This document shows positions 7,659 through 15,372 of a stretch of 21,136 nt of DNA, piece after piece. The notes beneath the pieces are model-generated. The model was not told the DNA's origin. It searched no databases and was given only the letters and a program-made list of their open reading frames with translations. The first letter of the stretch is position 1. Each line of letters starts with the position of its first letter. The translations under genes were made by a program, and so were the position numbers. The stretch is from assembly GCA_038230375.1 (NCBI GenBank), contig JBBRNJ010000119.1, forward strand, positions 1-21,136, in the 5' to 3' direction. Source of the DNA: Polyangiales bacterium (GTDB taxonomy: Bacteria; Myxococcota_A; Polyangia; Polyangiales; Polyangiaceae).

Positions 7659-10600
7659 TCAGTCCATCTTGAAGAGATCTTCGAGATCGGTCTTGGTGAG
7701 CTTCTTCGTACCGCCCGCGTCCTCGGACAGGACGGCACCCACGAGCTCGCGCTTCTTGCCGCCGAGCTCCAGGATCTTCTCCTCGATCGTGCCCTTCGCG
7801 ATGAGGCGGTAGGTCGTGACGACCTTGCTCTGGCCGATACGATGCGCGCGGTCCGTCGCTTGATCTTCGACCGCGGGGTTCCACCACGGATCGAAATGGA
7901 TGACCGTGTCGGCTGCGGTCAGGTTCAAGCCTGAACCACCCGCCTTGAGCGAGATGAGGAAGACGGGCGGGCCCGTGTCCTTCTGGAAGTTCTCCACGCG
8001 CTCCTGGCGATCCTTGGTGGAGCCATCCAGGTACTCGTAGGGGACCTTGTCCTCCGCGAACGCCTTTCGAATGAGCGTGAGCATGGACACGAACTGACTG
8101 AAGACGAGCACCTTGTGGCCGCCTTCGAGGCACATCTCGATGAGCTCGCGCAGCGCCTGCAGCTTGCCGGAGTCCTCGTTCGTGAACTCGCGCGGAAGCC
8201 CGAGCAGGCGGGGATCGCACGCGGCCTGACGGAGCCGGGTGAGGCCCGCGAGGATCTGGATGTGCGCCTTCCCCATGCCCTGGCGTTCCACCTCTCCCAT
8301 GACCTGCGCGCGCACTTCCTTGAGCACGGCGCTGTAGAGCGCGGCCTGCTCGCCCGCGAGCTCGCAGACGTGGTCCATCTCGATCTTCTCGGGAAGATCC
8401 TTCGCGACCTCGCCCTTGGTGCGACGGAGGATGAACGGATGGATCGTGGCGCGAAGCCGCGTCGCCGCTTTTTGATCACCAGCGTCGATGGGACGGGAGT
8501 AGCGCTCCTCGAACTTGTCGAGCGGGCCCAGCAAGCCGGGGCTCACGTAGTCGAAGATGCTCCAGATCTCGCTCAGGCGATTCTCGATCGGCGTGCCGGA
8601 GAGCGCGAGCCTGCGATCGGATTTCAGGCGCTTCGCCGCGCGCGCGGTGGCAGATAGCGGGTTCTTGATGTTCTGGGCTTCGTCCAGGATCGCGTAGCGG
8701 AGGTCCAGCTTTGCGAGCATCTCCTCGTCGCGGCGAAGGAGCGCGTAGCTGGTGACGATCACGTCCGCCTCTTCGAGCTCGTCCTTGCGCTCGTGTCGCT
8801 CGCTGCCGTGCCAGAGCGCGTACTTCAGCGACGGCGCGAACTTGTCCATCTCCTTCAGCCAGTTGTGCGTGACGGAGGTGGGCGCGACGATCAGCGCCTT
8901 GAACTTGCGAGGCTTGCCGTTCTTGCCGTTCTTGGGATCCGTGATCTCCGGCTCCGGGTCCTTCGGCTCCTTCGCGGCCTTTGCGCCCTTCGCGGTCTTT
9001 GCCGTCTTCGCGTCGTCCTTGGGCTCGTCCTTGACGTCGGCGCCTTCCTTGCCGTCCTTCTCCGCCTTCTCGTCCATCGCCTTCACGTGGAGGAGCAGCG
9101 CGATGGTCTGCACGGTCTTGCCTAGACCCATGTCGTCGGCGAGCACGCCGCCGGAGCCGATGTCGTGCAGGAACGCGAGCCAGTGGAAGCCGGCCTCTTG
9201 ATACGGACGCAGCTCCGCCTTGAGCTTCTTGGGGATCTTCAGCCCCTTGATCTCGTCGATGTCGCGCAGCTTCTTGAAGAGATCCTTCACGCCGTCGGTG
9301 ACGGTGGTCTTGCCGACCTGATCGAGCAGCTCCTGTATGCGGCCTGCCTGCGACAGCGGGAGCTTGCCGCCTACGCCTCCGCCGGTCGCGAGGATCTCTG
9401 CCTGGCGCGCGAGCACGCCGCGCACCTTGTCCACGTCGAGCCGCGCGAACGAGCCGTCCGCAAGGCGCACGTAGCGACGCCCCTCGGAGAGGCAGCGCGC
9501 GAGCTCTTCCTGTGTGACGGCGACGCCCTCGGCCTCGAACGAGAGCCGCAGCGAGAGCCAGTCCACACCTGAGGAGACGCGTGCGTTCGCGGTGAGCGCC
9601 TGCCCGCGCACATTGACGTCGACGAGGTCGTCCGGAACGAAGAGGTCCCACTCCTCGGGCAGCGTACCGATGCCTTCGGTCCAGAACTGGATCGCGTCGT
9701 CCCCGCGTACGATGAACGCGTTGCCGTCCTCGTCCGGGTGCAGACCAATGCTGCGGAGCTTCTGTGCGGCGATCTGCTGCGCGGCGATGTCTGCACGGAT
9801 GCACAATGCACGCTTTCCAGCAGGCCCGTCGGGATCGCGCGGCTTCACGATCACGGGCGGCGACATGCCGTCCGCGCGGACGTCTATCTCGACGTCCTCG
9901 TAGGCGGCGCGCAGCGACACCTGCGCCTCCGTCAGAGATCCACCCGCCCGCATGCGGAACGTAGGAACGAGATCCTTCACCTCTGCCACCTGCGACAGAT
10001 CGGGGAGCTCCGCGCCGACCTCCAGCGCTATGCGCGGCAGCCCTTGCGAGATGAGCTGCGCAAGGTCCGTCGTGGGCGCGTTGATGAACGGCGCACGCAT
10101 GATGCGGCGCATGGCCGCGGGAGACACGCGCCGATCGATCGGGCGCGCGGTGCCTTCCTGCAGATCGATGTACCAGCCAGGGCTGCCCTCGAACCAGCCG
10201 CCCTGCGCCATCGTGAACTTGCGCGCGTCGCCGGGGCGATAGAACGCGCTCTTCACGGTGACCTGCTGACCGTCCTGCGCCAGCTCCAGATCGAAGCGGG
10301 GGCGGAGCGCGTCGTCGCTGAATCGCAGCTCCATCATCTGCGGCTCGAGCACCACGCGACGGCCCTTCAGGTGGGCCAGCAGCTCTGCGGCGTCCTCGCC
10401 GCGGACCTCGATGCCGACGCGGCGCGGGCCATCATTCTCCAGCCGCGCGAGCATGCGGATCGCTTCGCGATCGGCCGTGGGGTTCTGCGCCTGATTGGCG
10501 AGCAGCGCGGATGGAAGGATCGGCTGCCGCGAATCCGGGTCCAGCAGCGTGACGGAGAGCGCGTTCTGGCGCACGAGGACGCGGTACTCGACGACCTTCG

Positions 10601-11225
10601 GCGCCTTGGGCAGCGGGTCAGGGAGCCACGCGTCGATGCCGGTGGAGACGCGCTCCACGCGGTCGCCACGCTCCGCGCGGTCGTTGCCACGGTCTCCGCG
10701 GTCTCCGCGCTCTCCACGGAACTCGCGACTGCCTCCGCCTCCGCCACCACCACCACCACCACCGAGCATCGGCGCGCTTCCGGCTCCGCCGATCTTCGCA
10801 GCCCTGGCCGCACGCCGCTTCGCACGGCGGCTGAGCCCTGGCATGGAGATGGAGCCGTCCGGCGCGGCGCTCACGAACCCGGCCGCGGCGATCGGCGGCG
10901 GCTGCGGGGCTTGCTTGGGGCGGACGGTGTCACGGATGGCGATGAGCAGCGCGGCGACGTGCTTGCAGTGCCCATTGATCTTGCCGAACGCCGGACAGGT
11001 GCACTCCGACGCAAAACCCGCCGGAGTGAGCTGGAGCTTCACTTCGTAGGGCTCGGGCTCGGTGCCGCGGACCTGGCCATGGGCCGACGCGGCCTCCACG
11101 ACGATGTCGGACACGGCGTTGCGGCGCACGTAGTCATAGCCGCGAAGAAATGCGCGCGCGCCGAGCATGCGGCGTAGCGCGCGGTCATTGAGCGTGGATA
11201 GCGCTTCGGTAAACGGGGTGGACAA
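7659..11225 (-). CDS. SNF2/SWI2-family SF2 helicase-like ATPase with N-terminal SWIM zinc finger
   Basis: SWIM-like CTCPAFGKINGHCKH; LRPYQEAG; LADDMGLGKT; LIVAPTS; ILDEAQNIKN; LSGTPIENRLSEIWS; ILRRTK; LVFSQF; LISLKAGGSGLNLTAADTVIHFDPWWNPAVEDQATDRAHRIGQ. Start uncertain: TTG 11225 preferred (AGGT just upstream; sequence further upstream is hairpin-rich), alternatives ATG 11273 and GTG 11366. Confidence 0.95.
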   Translation of the reverse strand: MSTPFTEALSTLNDRALRRMLGARAFLRGYDYVRRNAVSDIVVEAASAHGQVRGTEPEPYEVKLQLTPAGFASECTCPAFGKINGHCKHVAALLIAIRDTVRPKQAPQPPPIAAAGFVSAAPDGSISMPGLSRRAKRRAARAAKIGGAGSAPMLGGGGGGGGGGGSREFRGERGDRGDRGNDRAERGDRVERVSTGIDAWLPDPLPKAPKVVEYRVLVRQNALSVTLLDPDSRQPILPSALLANQAQNPTADREAIRMLARLENDGPRRVGIEVRGEDAAELLAHLKGRRVVLEPQMMELRFSDDALRPRFDLELAQDGQQVTVKSAFYRPGDARKFTMAQGGWFEGSPGWYIDLQEGTARPIDRRVSPAAMRRIMRAPFINAPTTDLAQLISQGLPRIALEVGAELPDLSQVAEVKDLVPTFRMRAGGSLTEAQVSLRAAYEDVEIDVRADGMSPPVIVKPRDPDGPAGKRALCIRADIAAQQIAAQKLRSIGLHPDEDGNAFIVRGDDAIQFWTEGIGTLPEEWDLFVPDDLVDVNVRGQALTANARVSSGVDWLSLRLSFEAEGVAVTQEELARCLSEGRRYVRLADGSFARLDVDKVRGVLARQAEILATGGGVGGKLPLSQAGRIQELLDQVGKTTVTDGVKDLFKKLRDIDEIKGLKIPKKLKAELRPYQEAGFHWLAFLHDIGSGGVLADDMGLGKTVQTIALLLHVKAMDEKAEKDGKEGADVKDEPKDDAKTAKTAKGAKAAKEPKDPEPEITDPKNGKNGKPRKFKALIVAPTSVTHNWLKEMDKFAPSLKYALWHGSERHERKDELEEADVIVTSYALLRRDEEMLAKLDLRYAILDEAQNIKNPLSATARAAKRLKSDRRLALSGTPIENRLSEIWSIFDYVSPGLLGPLDKFEERYSRPIDAGDQKAATRLRATIHPFILRRTKGEVAKDLPEKIEMDHVCELAGEQAALYSAVLKEVRAQVMGEVERQGMGKAHIQILAGLTRLRQAACDPRLLGLPREFTNEDSGKLQALRELIEMCLEGGHKVLVFSQFVSMLTLIRKAFAEDKVPYEYLDGSTKDRQERVENFQKDTGPPVFLISLKAGGSGLNLTAADTVIHFDPWWNPAVEDQATDRAHRIGQSKVVTTYRLIAKGTIEEKILELGGKKRELVGAVLSEDAGGTKKLTKTDLEDLFKMD

Positions 11226-11234
11226 TGTCAACCT

Positions 11235-11390
11235 GCACGCATCCGCGTGCCCCTTGGAGCCATATCGGCTCATCTCTGCCGTGCGTTGGCGTGTGTCGCC
11301 GGCGACATGTATTGCCGCCCTCGACCCGATGCGGCCTTCAGACGGTTGCTGAAGTGTGTTCGCCACTTGCGGGGAGCCCCGCGGACGAAC
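11235..11390 (-). other. Hairpin-rich putative 5' leader or small structured RNA upstream of the SNF2 gene
   Basis: Six consecutive inverted repeats at 11358-11390, 11336-11354, 11314-11335, 11294-11307, 11257-11271 and 11235-11250 (detailed in findings). Confidence 0.4.
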
Positions 11391-11409
11391 CGCCTACGCG
11401 AATGAACAG

Positions 11410-11438
11410 CTAGTACCAGAATGGCGAGGCACGTTCAA
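11410..11438 (-). promoter_or_regulatory. Candidate sigma70-type promoter for the SNF2 unit
   Basis: Minus strand TTGAAC (11438-11433), 17-nt spacer ending in TGG (extended -10 TGn), then TACTAG (11415-11410). The -10 match is weak. Confidence 0.4.
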
Positions 11439-11495
11439 TGGTCGCGTGTCATGGGCCACTTCGGCGCCGGATCTGCCCGTCCGCCAGCGGGGTTT

Positions 11496-12791
11496 TCAGT
11501 GTCCGCCATCGAGGATGGGGCAGACGAGCCCAGCATCAGCACAGTTGGTGCGGGACCCGCCGTCTGCCGCGGCCCCGACGAACGCACGCTCCCCTCGAAA
11601 CGCGAAGGCCAGCGAGATCGCATCACATGCCACCTCCAGGCCATTGGCAGCGACGTAGAAATCCTGTGAAGAATGGGCGTTGATGTCGACCGCTGGGCAG
11701 AAGTTGGTGAGGATTGATGTCCTCTCGAACTGTCCAGTCACGGAGGGGTCGAGGCAGATCGGGCCAGCGTCCTTCGAGAAGCTGAGCGTCCCCCCGGCCA
11801 CGAGTAGCGCGGTCACGGGACCCCGCCCGCCGATGACGCCGTCCTCGAGCGTCCACCCTCCCGTACCCTCCGGCACGAGGAGCGCCGTCATCTTCACGGA
11901 CTCGGCATTGACGATGGTGCCAGCGAAGGGAAAGGGTACCGACACCTCCGCACCGACGACGAGCACGTGGTTCGCGACGTACGCCGGGAGCGCCGGCGTG
12001 CCGCTCAGGTCACCCCACTCGTCGCATCCATCGAAGAGCGGGAGGCGGTCAGGATCATAGGTAGCTCCGTCGGCGGCGTCGGGATCGTCGGCGGGGGGAA
12101 AGCTCGGGGGCCGTTGTGCGGCATTGATGCAAATGTCACCGCCGTCGGCGAACGGAAGCCGATTGGGGCGCGTCAGGCCGTGAATCAAGACCGTGACCTC
12201 CTTGTCGTTGGCAAGCCCGTTGTATCCGCGGACAACGATGCCGATGGCGCTGTCGCCGGCGACGATCTTGGAATTGATCGTCGCGAGCGTGTCCAGATCC
12301 GCGCTTTGTGTGAGCACCTTGAGGGGCAGCAGTAGGGCCGGTAGCTGGTTGTCGATGCCGTTGGGCTGATCGCAAGCCATGTTCCCGACGGCGGGCCGGC
12401 ACGAGTTCGCGCCACCATCATGCGGCAGCCCTGGCTCGCAGGTGCAGTCGTTGTCCAGATCGAAGCCGAGGATTGTATTGGGAGGAGGCGCCGCATCACC
12501 GAAGACGCTGGCGTCGTAACCGAACGTCTTCTCCAGGTGCGTCTCGCGGATGACGAACGACAGCTCGCCGACATCGAGCGTGGGGTTGTCGTCGCCGTTT
12601 TGCGGCGGCGGGACCGCGTGTGCGCACGGGTCCTGCGTTGACCCATCGACGCCCACCGGTGGGCCTGCCTCGGGAGGCGGGCGGGTGGTCGTTTCGATCT
12701 CCGGCACCACGAGCGATGCGCACGCAACCAGCGCCGACACGAACGTGAGGCCCATACATGAGGCGAGCGCGATTGTGCGTCTACGCCGCAT
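11496..12791 (-). CDS. Cys-rich hypothetical lipoprotein of myxobacterial type
   Basis: Signal MRRRRTIALASCMGLTFVSALVA-C with lipobox; 12 further Cys; motifs GFDLDNDCTC, CDQPNGIDN, GYNGLAND; DGG/DAG low-complexity patches. ATG overlaps the upstream stop (TGATG). Confidence 0.82.
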   Translation of the reverse strand: MRRRRTIALASCMGLTFVSALVACASLVVPEIETTTRPPPEAGPPVGVDGSTQDPCAHAVPPPQNGDDNPTLDVGELSFVIRETHLEKTFGYDASVFGDAAPPPNTILGFDLDNDCTCEPGLPHDGGANSCRPAVGNMACDQPNGIDNQLPALLLPLKVLTQSADLDTLATINSKIVAGDSAIGIVVRGYNGLANDKEVTVLIHGLTRPNRLPFADGGDICINAAQRPPSFPPADDPDAADGATYDPDRLPLFDGCDEWGDLSGTPALPAYVANHVLVVGAEVSVPFPFAGTIVNAESVKMTALLVPEGTGGWTLEDGVIGGRGPVTALLVAGGTLSFSKDAGPICLDPSVTGQFERTSILTNFCPAVDINAHSSQDFYVAANGLEVACDAISLAFAFRGERAFVGAAADGGSRTNCADAGLVCPILDGGH

Positions 12792-13813
12792 CAGAACTCA
12801 CCTACCACGGACAACCCCTGGTGCCCCGGCCCGATGCTCGGCGCAATGGCCGCTTTCGGTGCGACTTTCGGCGACGAGGTGATGATCAGGTAGATTCCCA
12901 CGCCGAGCGCCACCACGCCGACGCCGCCTGTTGCGCTCGCCACGTTGATGTCGATCGTTGCGTTGCTCTTCGCCGAGTTGGCTTGTTGGTACGCGGGGCT
13001 CTGCCCTTGCTTGTCGTTCCAGCAGTTGTTGTCGCACGCGTGCTTCTCCTCCTGGATCGCCGCGTAGCCGAGCCCGGCCATCACACCACCGACCGCGAGG
13101 CCAAGGACTCCCACACCACCCACGACATAGCCCGCAGTCCTGCGCGCGCGCGAGGTCGCGACGGCCTCGATCTCGCTGGCATCGTTCCCTGAGGCCTTCG
13201 GAGGCACGACGACGACCTTTGGTGCGTCCGTCAGCGGCTCCACCTGGATGGGGAAGATCAACGACTCGCCTTCCACCGGATCGATGCGCGTGTCCATCGA
13301 CCACGGCTTCTTGCCAGGCGCGGCCGCCGACACCTTGCGCAGGCCTGGGTCCACCGGAACGCCCATGTCCCATGCCTCGGGCGGAACCGCGCGTCCGTCG
13401 ATAGAGATGACGAGCCCTTCCACGCGCACCGGAATCGGGACGATCAGCTTCAGGCGCGGGAGCAGCTTTCGCAGCGCCTCGGCGCGATCGTGGGCGAACA
13501 CGGCGCGCTCCTCACGGGGAGGCTTCGAGCTGCGCGCGCGTTGCTCCGCGTCTGAAAACTCACCCCATGCCGTTGCGACCTTGCCGGCCTGCTGGTGACA
13601 GTCAGCGAGGTTCAGCAACGTGCCAAGCGTGTCCTCGAGCGCTTTGCTCGCCTCGAAGAGCGAACATGCTTTCACGTACTCGTGCCGCCCCATCGCGGCC
13701 TTTCCCTGCTGGAAGTACTCCTCGGCCTGCGCGTCAGCGCGCGCGGTCGTGGGGAACGCCAGCATCGTTGAGGCGGCCACCGCCGCAAGGGAGAGTGCTC
13801 GGACGAGCTTCAT
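12791..13813 (-). CDS. Exported TPR + PEGA-like protein with a C-terminal Gly-rich hydrophobic hairpin and terminal Phe
   Basis: Signal peptide MKLVRALSLAAVAASTMLAFPTTARA; TPR AEEYFQQGKAAM..ACSLFEAS..GTLLNLADCHQQAGKVATAW; PEGA-like ISIDGRAV..GVPVDPGLRKVSAAAPGKKPW; GYVVGGVGVLGLAVGGVMAGL and GGVGVVALGVGIYLII; ends GLSVVGEF. Alternative GTG start at 13822. Confidence 0.85.
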   Translation of the reverse strand: MKLVRALSLAAVAASTMLAFPTTARADAQAEEYFQQGKAAMGRHEYVKACSLFEASKALEDTLGTLLNLADCHQQAGKVATAWGEFSDAEQRARSSKPPREERAVFAHDRAEALRKLLPRLKLIVPIPVRVEGLVISIDGRAVPPEAWDMGVPVDPGLRKVSAAAPGKKPWSMDTRIDPVEGESLIFPIQVEPLTDAPKVVVVPPKASGNDASEIEAVATSRARRTAGYVVGGVGVLGLAVGGVMAGLGYAAIQEEKHACDNNCWNDKQGQSPAYQQANSAKSNATIDINVASATGGVGVVALGVGIYLIITSSPKVAPKAAIAPSIGPGHQGLSVVGEF

Positions 13814-13825
13814 TTCCAGCACCGA

Positions 13826-15334
13826 TCAGTTGCCTCGATAGTCGAGCGGGTCGACAGACCGCGCGGGCGCGGCGGTGGGTGGTGCGCTGGTGATCGCGCC
13901 GGGCGCGCTTGTCGGCGGTGCTACGCCGCCGTTGCCCGGCTTGCGGACGCCCGGATGATTACCGCCGGCCCCGCCGCTGACGTGCACCGAGACGCCGCTG
14001 ATAGGAGCCGCAGATGGCAGGCTGGAAGCAGTGGTGGCGTCGGTGGATGCGGGGGTCACGGAGCTCTGGGGCGCGACCACGTTCGTCGACACAGTGGGGA
14101 ATGAACTGGACGCGATGGACGCGGCGCCGGCGCTCGCGTTTGCGCGGGCGTCGCGTGCAGCACTCTGCTGACGGAGCTTGACGCCGATCACGGCTGCCAC
14201 AGCCACGGCGCCGACGAGCGCCGCGCCGGCGATGACGAGCGGGACCGTCCGATTCTTGCGGATCGGGATGAAGGTGACGATGCTCGGCTCGGTCGCGCCG
14301 AACGCCACTGGCGATGACGATGAGCCGAACGCGCCAGGCCGCATGGACGCTGGGCGCAGCGAACCGCCCGTGGTGGTGGCCGCAGCGAGCCGACCGATCA
14401 CCTCGATTGACTTCTGACCCGCCGCTGTTGCGTACGGCGCGAGCAGCTGCGCGAGGTCCGCCACCGACGGAATGCGCATGTCCCGGTTCTTCTCGAGGCA
14501 GCCAGCGACGACGCGGTCCAGGCCAGGCGGCGCGTCAGGTCGCAGCGACGTGAGCGACATCGGCGCATCCGCGACGATCGATGCAAGCAGCCCGGACATG
14601 GACTCGCCACGGAACGGCACGCGACCCGTGAGGAGCTCGAACAGCACCACGCCGAGCGACCAGACATCCGCGCGCGCGTCGACGTGCTTCGCGCTCCGCA
14701 CCTGCTCTGGTGACATGTATGTAGGCGAGCCGAAAACCGCCGTTGTCTCCGTGAGGTTCTGGTTACTGCCGTCGTCGGGAGCGAGCGCCTTCGAGATGCC
14801 GAAGTCGAGCACCTTCACGAACGGCGCGCCGTCGGAGGTGTGCGTGAGCAAGAGGTTCGCAGGCTTGATGTCGCGATGAATGATCCCGTAGGCGTGCGCC
14901 TCCGCGATCGCCTCGCAGGCCTGCAGCAGGTAGTCGACCGCCATCTGGATCGGCATCGGGCCGTGTTCCGACAGAACCTTCCCGAGCTCTGCGCCCTCCA
15001 GGAACTCCATCAGGATGTACGGCGGCGTCATCATGTCGCCAGTGAAGACGTCGAGCACCTTCACGACATGCTCGTTCTTGATCTTCACGCACGCGCGCGC
15101 TTCGCGAAGGAAGCGCTCCGTGGACTCCTCGTCCACCGCGACCTTCGGATGGAGCACCTTCACGGCGACGAGCTCGTTCAGGTTCAGGTTACGTGCGGCG
15201 TACACGAAGCCCATGCCGCCTGCACCGAGCACGCGCTCGATACGATAGCGACCGGCAATGATGGACCCGAGCGCGGGGAGGCTACGTTCGCCGCCGGCTA
15301 TGGCCCCCGCCTTGATCGTGGCGCTCGTCGACAC
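13826..15334 (-). CDS. Membrane Ser/Thr (Hanks-type) protein kinase with TM helix and Ser/Ala/Pro-rich extracytoplasmic tail
   Basis: LGAGGMGFVY, VAVK, RFLREA, HRDIKPANL, KVLDFGISK, GSPTYMSPEQ, ADVWSLG. TM VPLVIAGAALVGAVAVAAVIGV. The tail ends SVDPLDYRGN. Confidence 0.96.
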   Translation of the reverse strand: MSTSATIKAGAIAGGERSLPALGSIIAGRYRIERVLGAGGMGFVYAARNLNLNELVAVKVLHPKVAVDEESTERFLREARACVKIKNEHVVKVLDVFTGDMMTPPYILMEFLEGAELGKVLSEHGPMPIQMAVDYLLQACEAIAEAHAYGIIHRDIKPANLLLTHTSDGAPFVKVLDFGISKALAPDDGSNQNLTETTAVFGSPTYMSPEQVRSAKHVDARADVWSLGVVLFELLTGRVPFRGESMSGLLASIVADAPMSLTSLRPDAPPGLDRVVAGCLEKNRDMRIPSVADLAQLLAPYATAAGQKSIEVIGRLAAATTTGGSLRPASMRPGAFGSSSSPVAFGATEPSIVTFIPIRKNRTVPLVIAGAALVGAVAVAAVIGVKLRQQSAARDARANASAGAASIASSSFPTVSTNVVAPQSSVTPASTDATTASSLPSAAPISGVSVHVSGGAGGNHPGVRKPGNGGVAPPTSAPGAITSAPPTAAPARSVDPLDYRGN

Positions 15335-15343
15335 GGAACCCCT

Positions 15344-15372
15344 ATTCTACCCCGAGTTTCGCCGATTTTCAT
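15344..15372 (-). promoter_or_regulatory. Candidate internal sigma70-type promoter for the kinase, embedded in the 3' end of the large surface-protein gene
   Basis: Minus strand ATGAAA (15372-15367), 17-nt spacer, TAGAAT (15349-15344; its TAG is the upstream stop codon), then 9 nt to GTG 15334. Confidence 0.4.

Noticed and set aside
7659..11225. SNF2 gene as part of DISARM, Zorya, BREX or a restriction system, or as RapA
   Set aside because: No methylase, nuclease, DUF1998, PglZ or ZorAB neighbours are present; the SWIM-fused architecture is the common stand-alone type and differs from RapA.
11226..11231. Perfect TTGACA on the minus strand as a -35 box
   Set aside because: There is no -10-like hexamer 16-18 nt downstream, and it abuts the likely start codon.
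12720..12791. Twin-arginine (Tat) signal in the Cys-rich lipoprotein (MRRRRTIAL)
   Set aside because: It lacks the S/T-R-R-x-F-L consensus; a basic n-region plus lipobox explains it.
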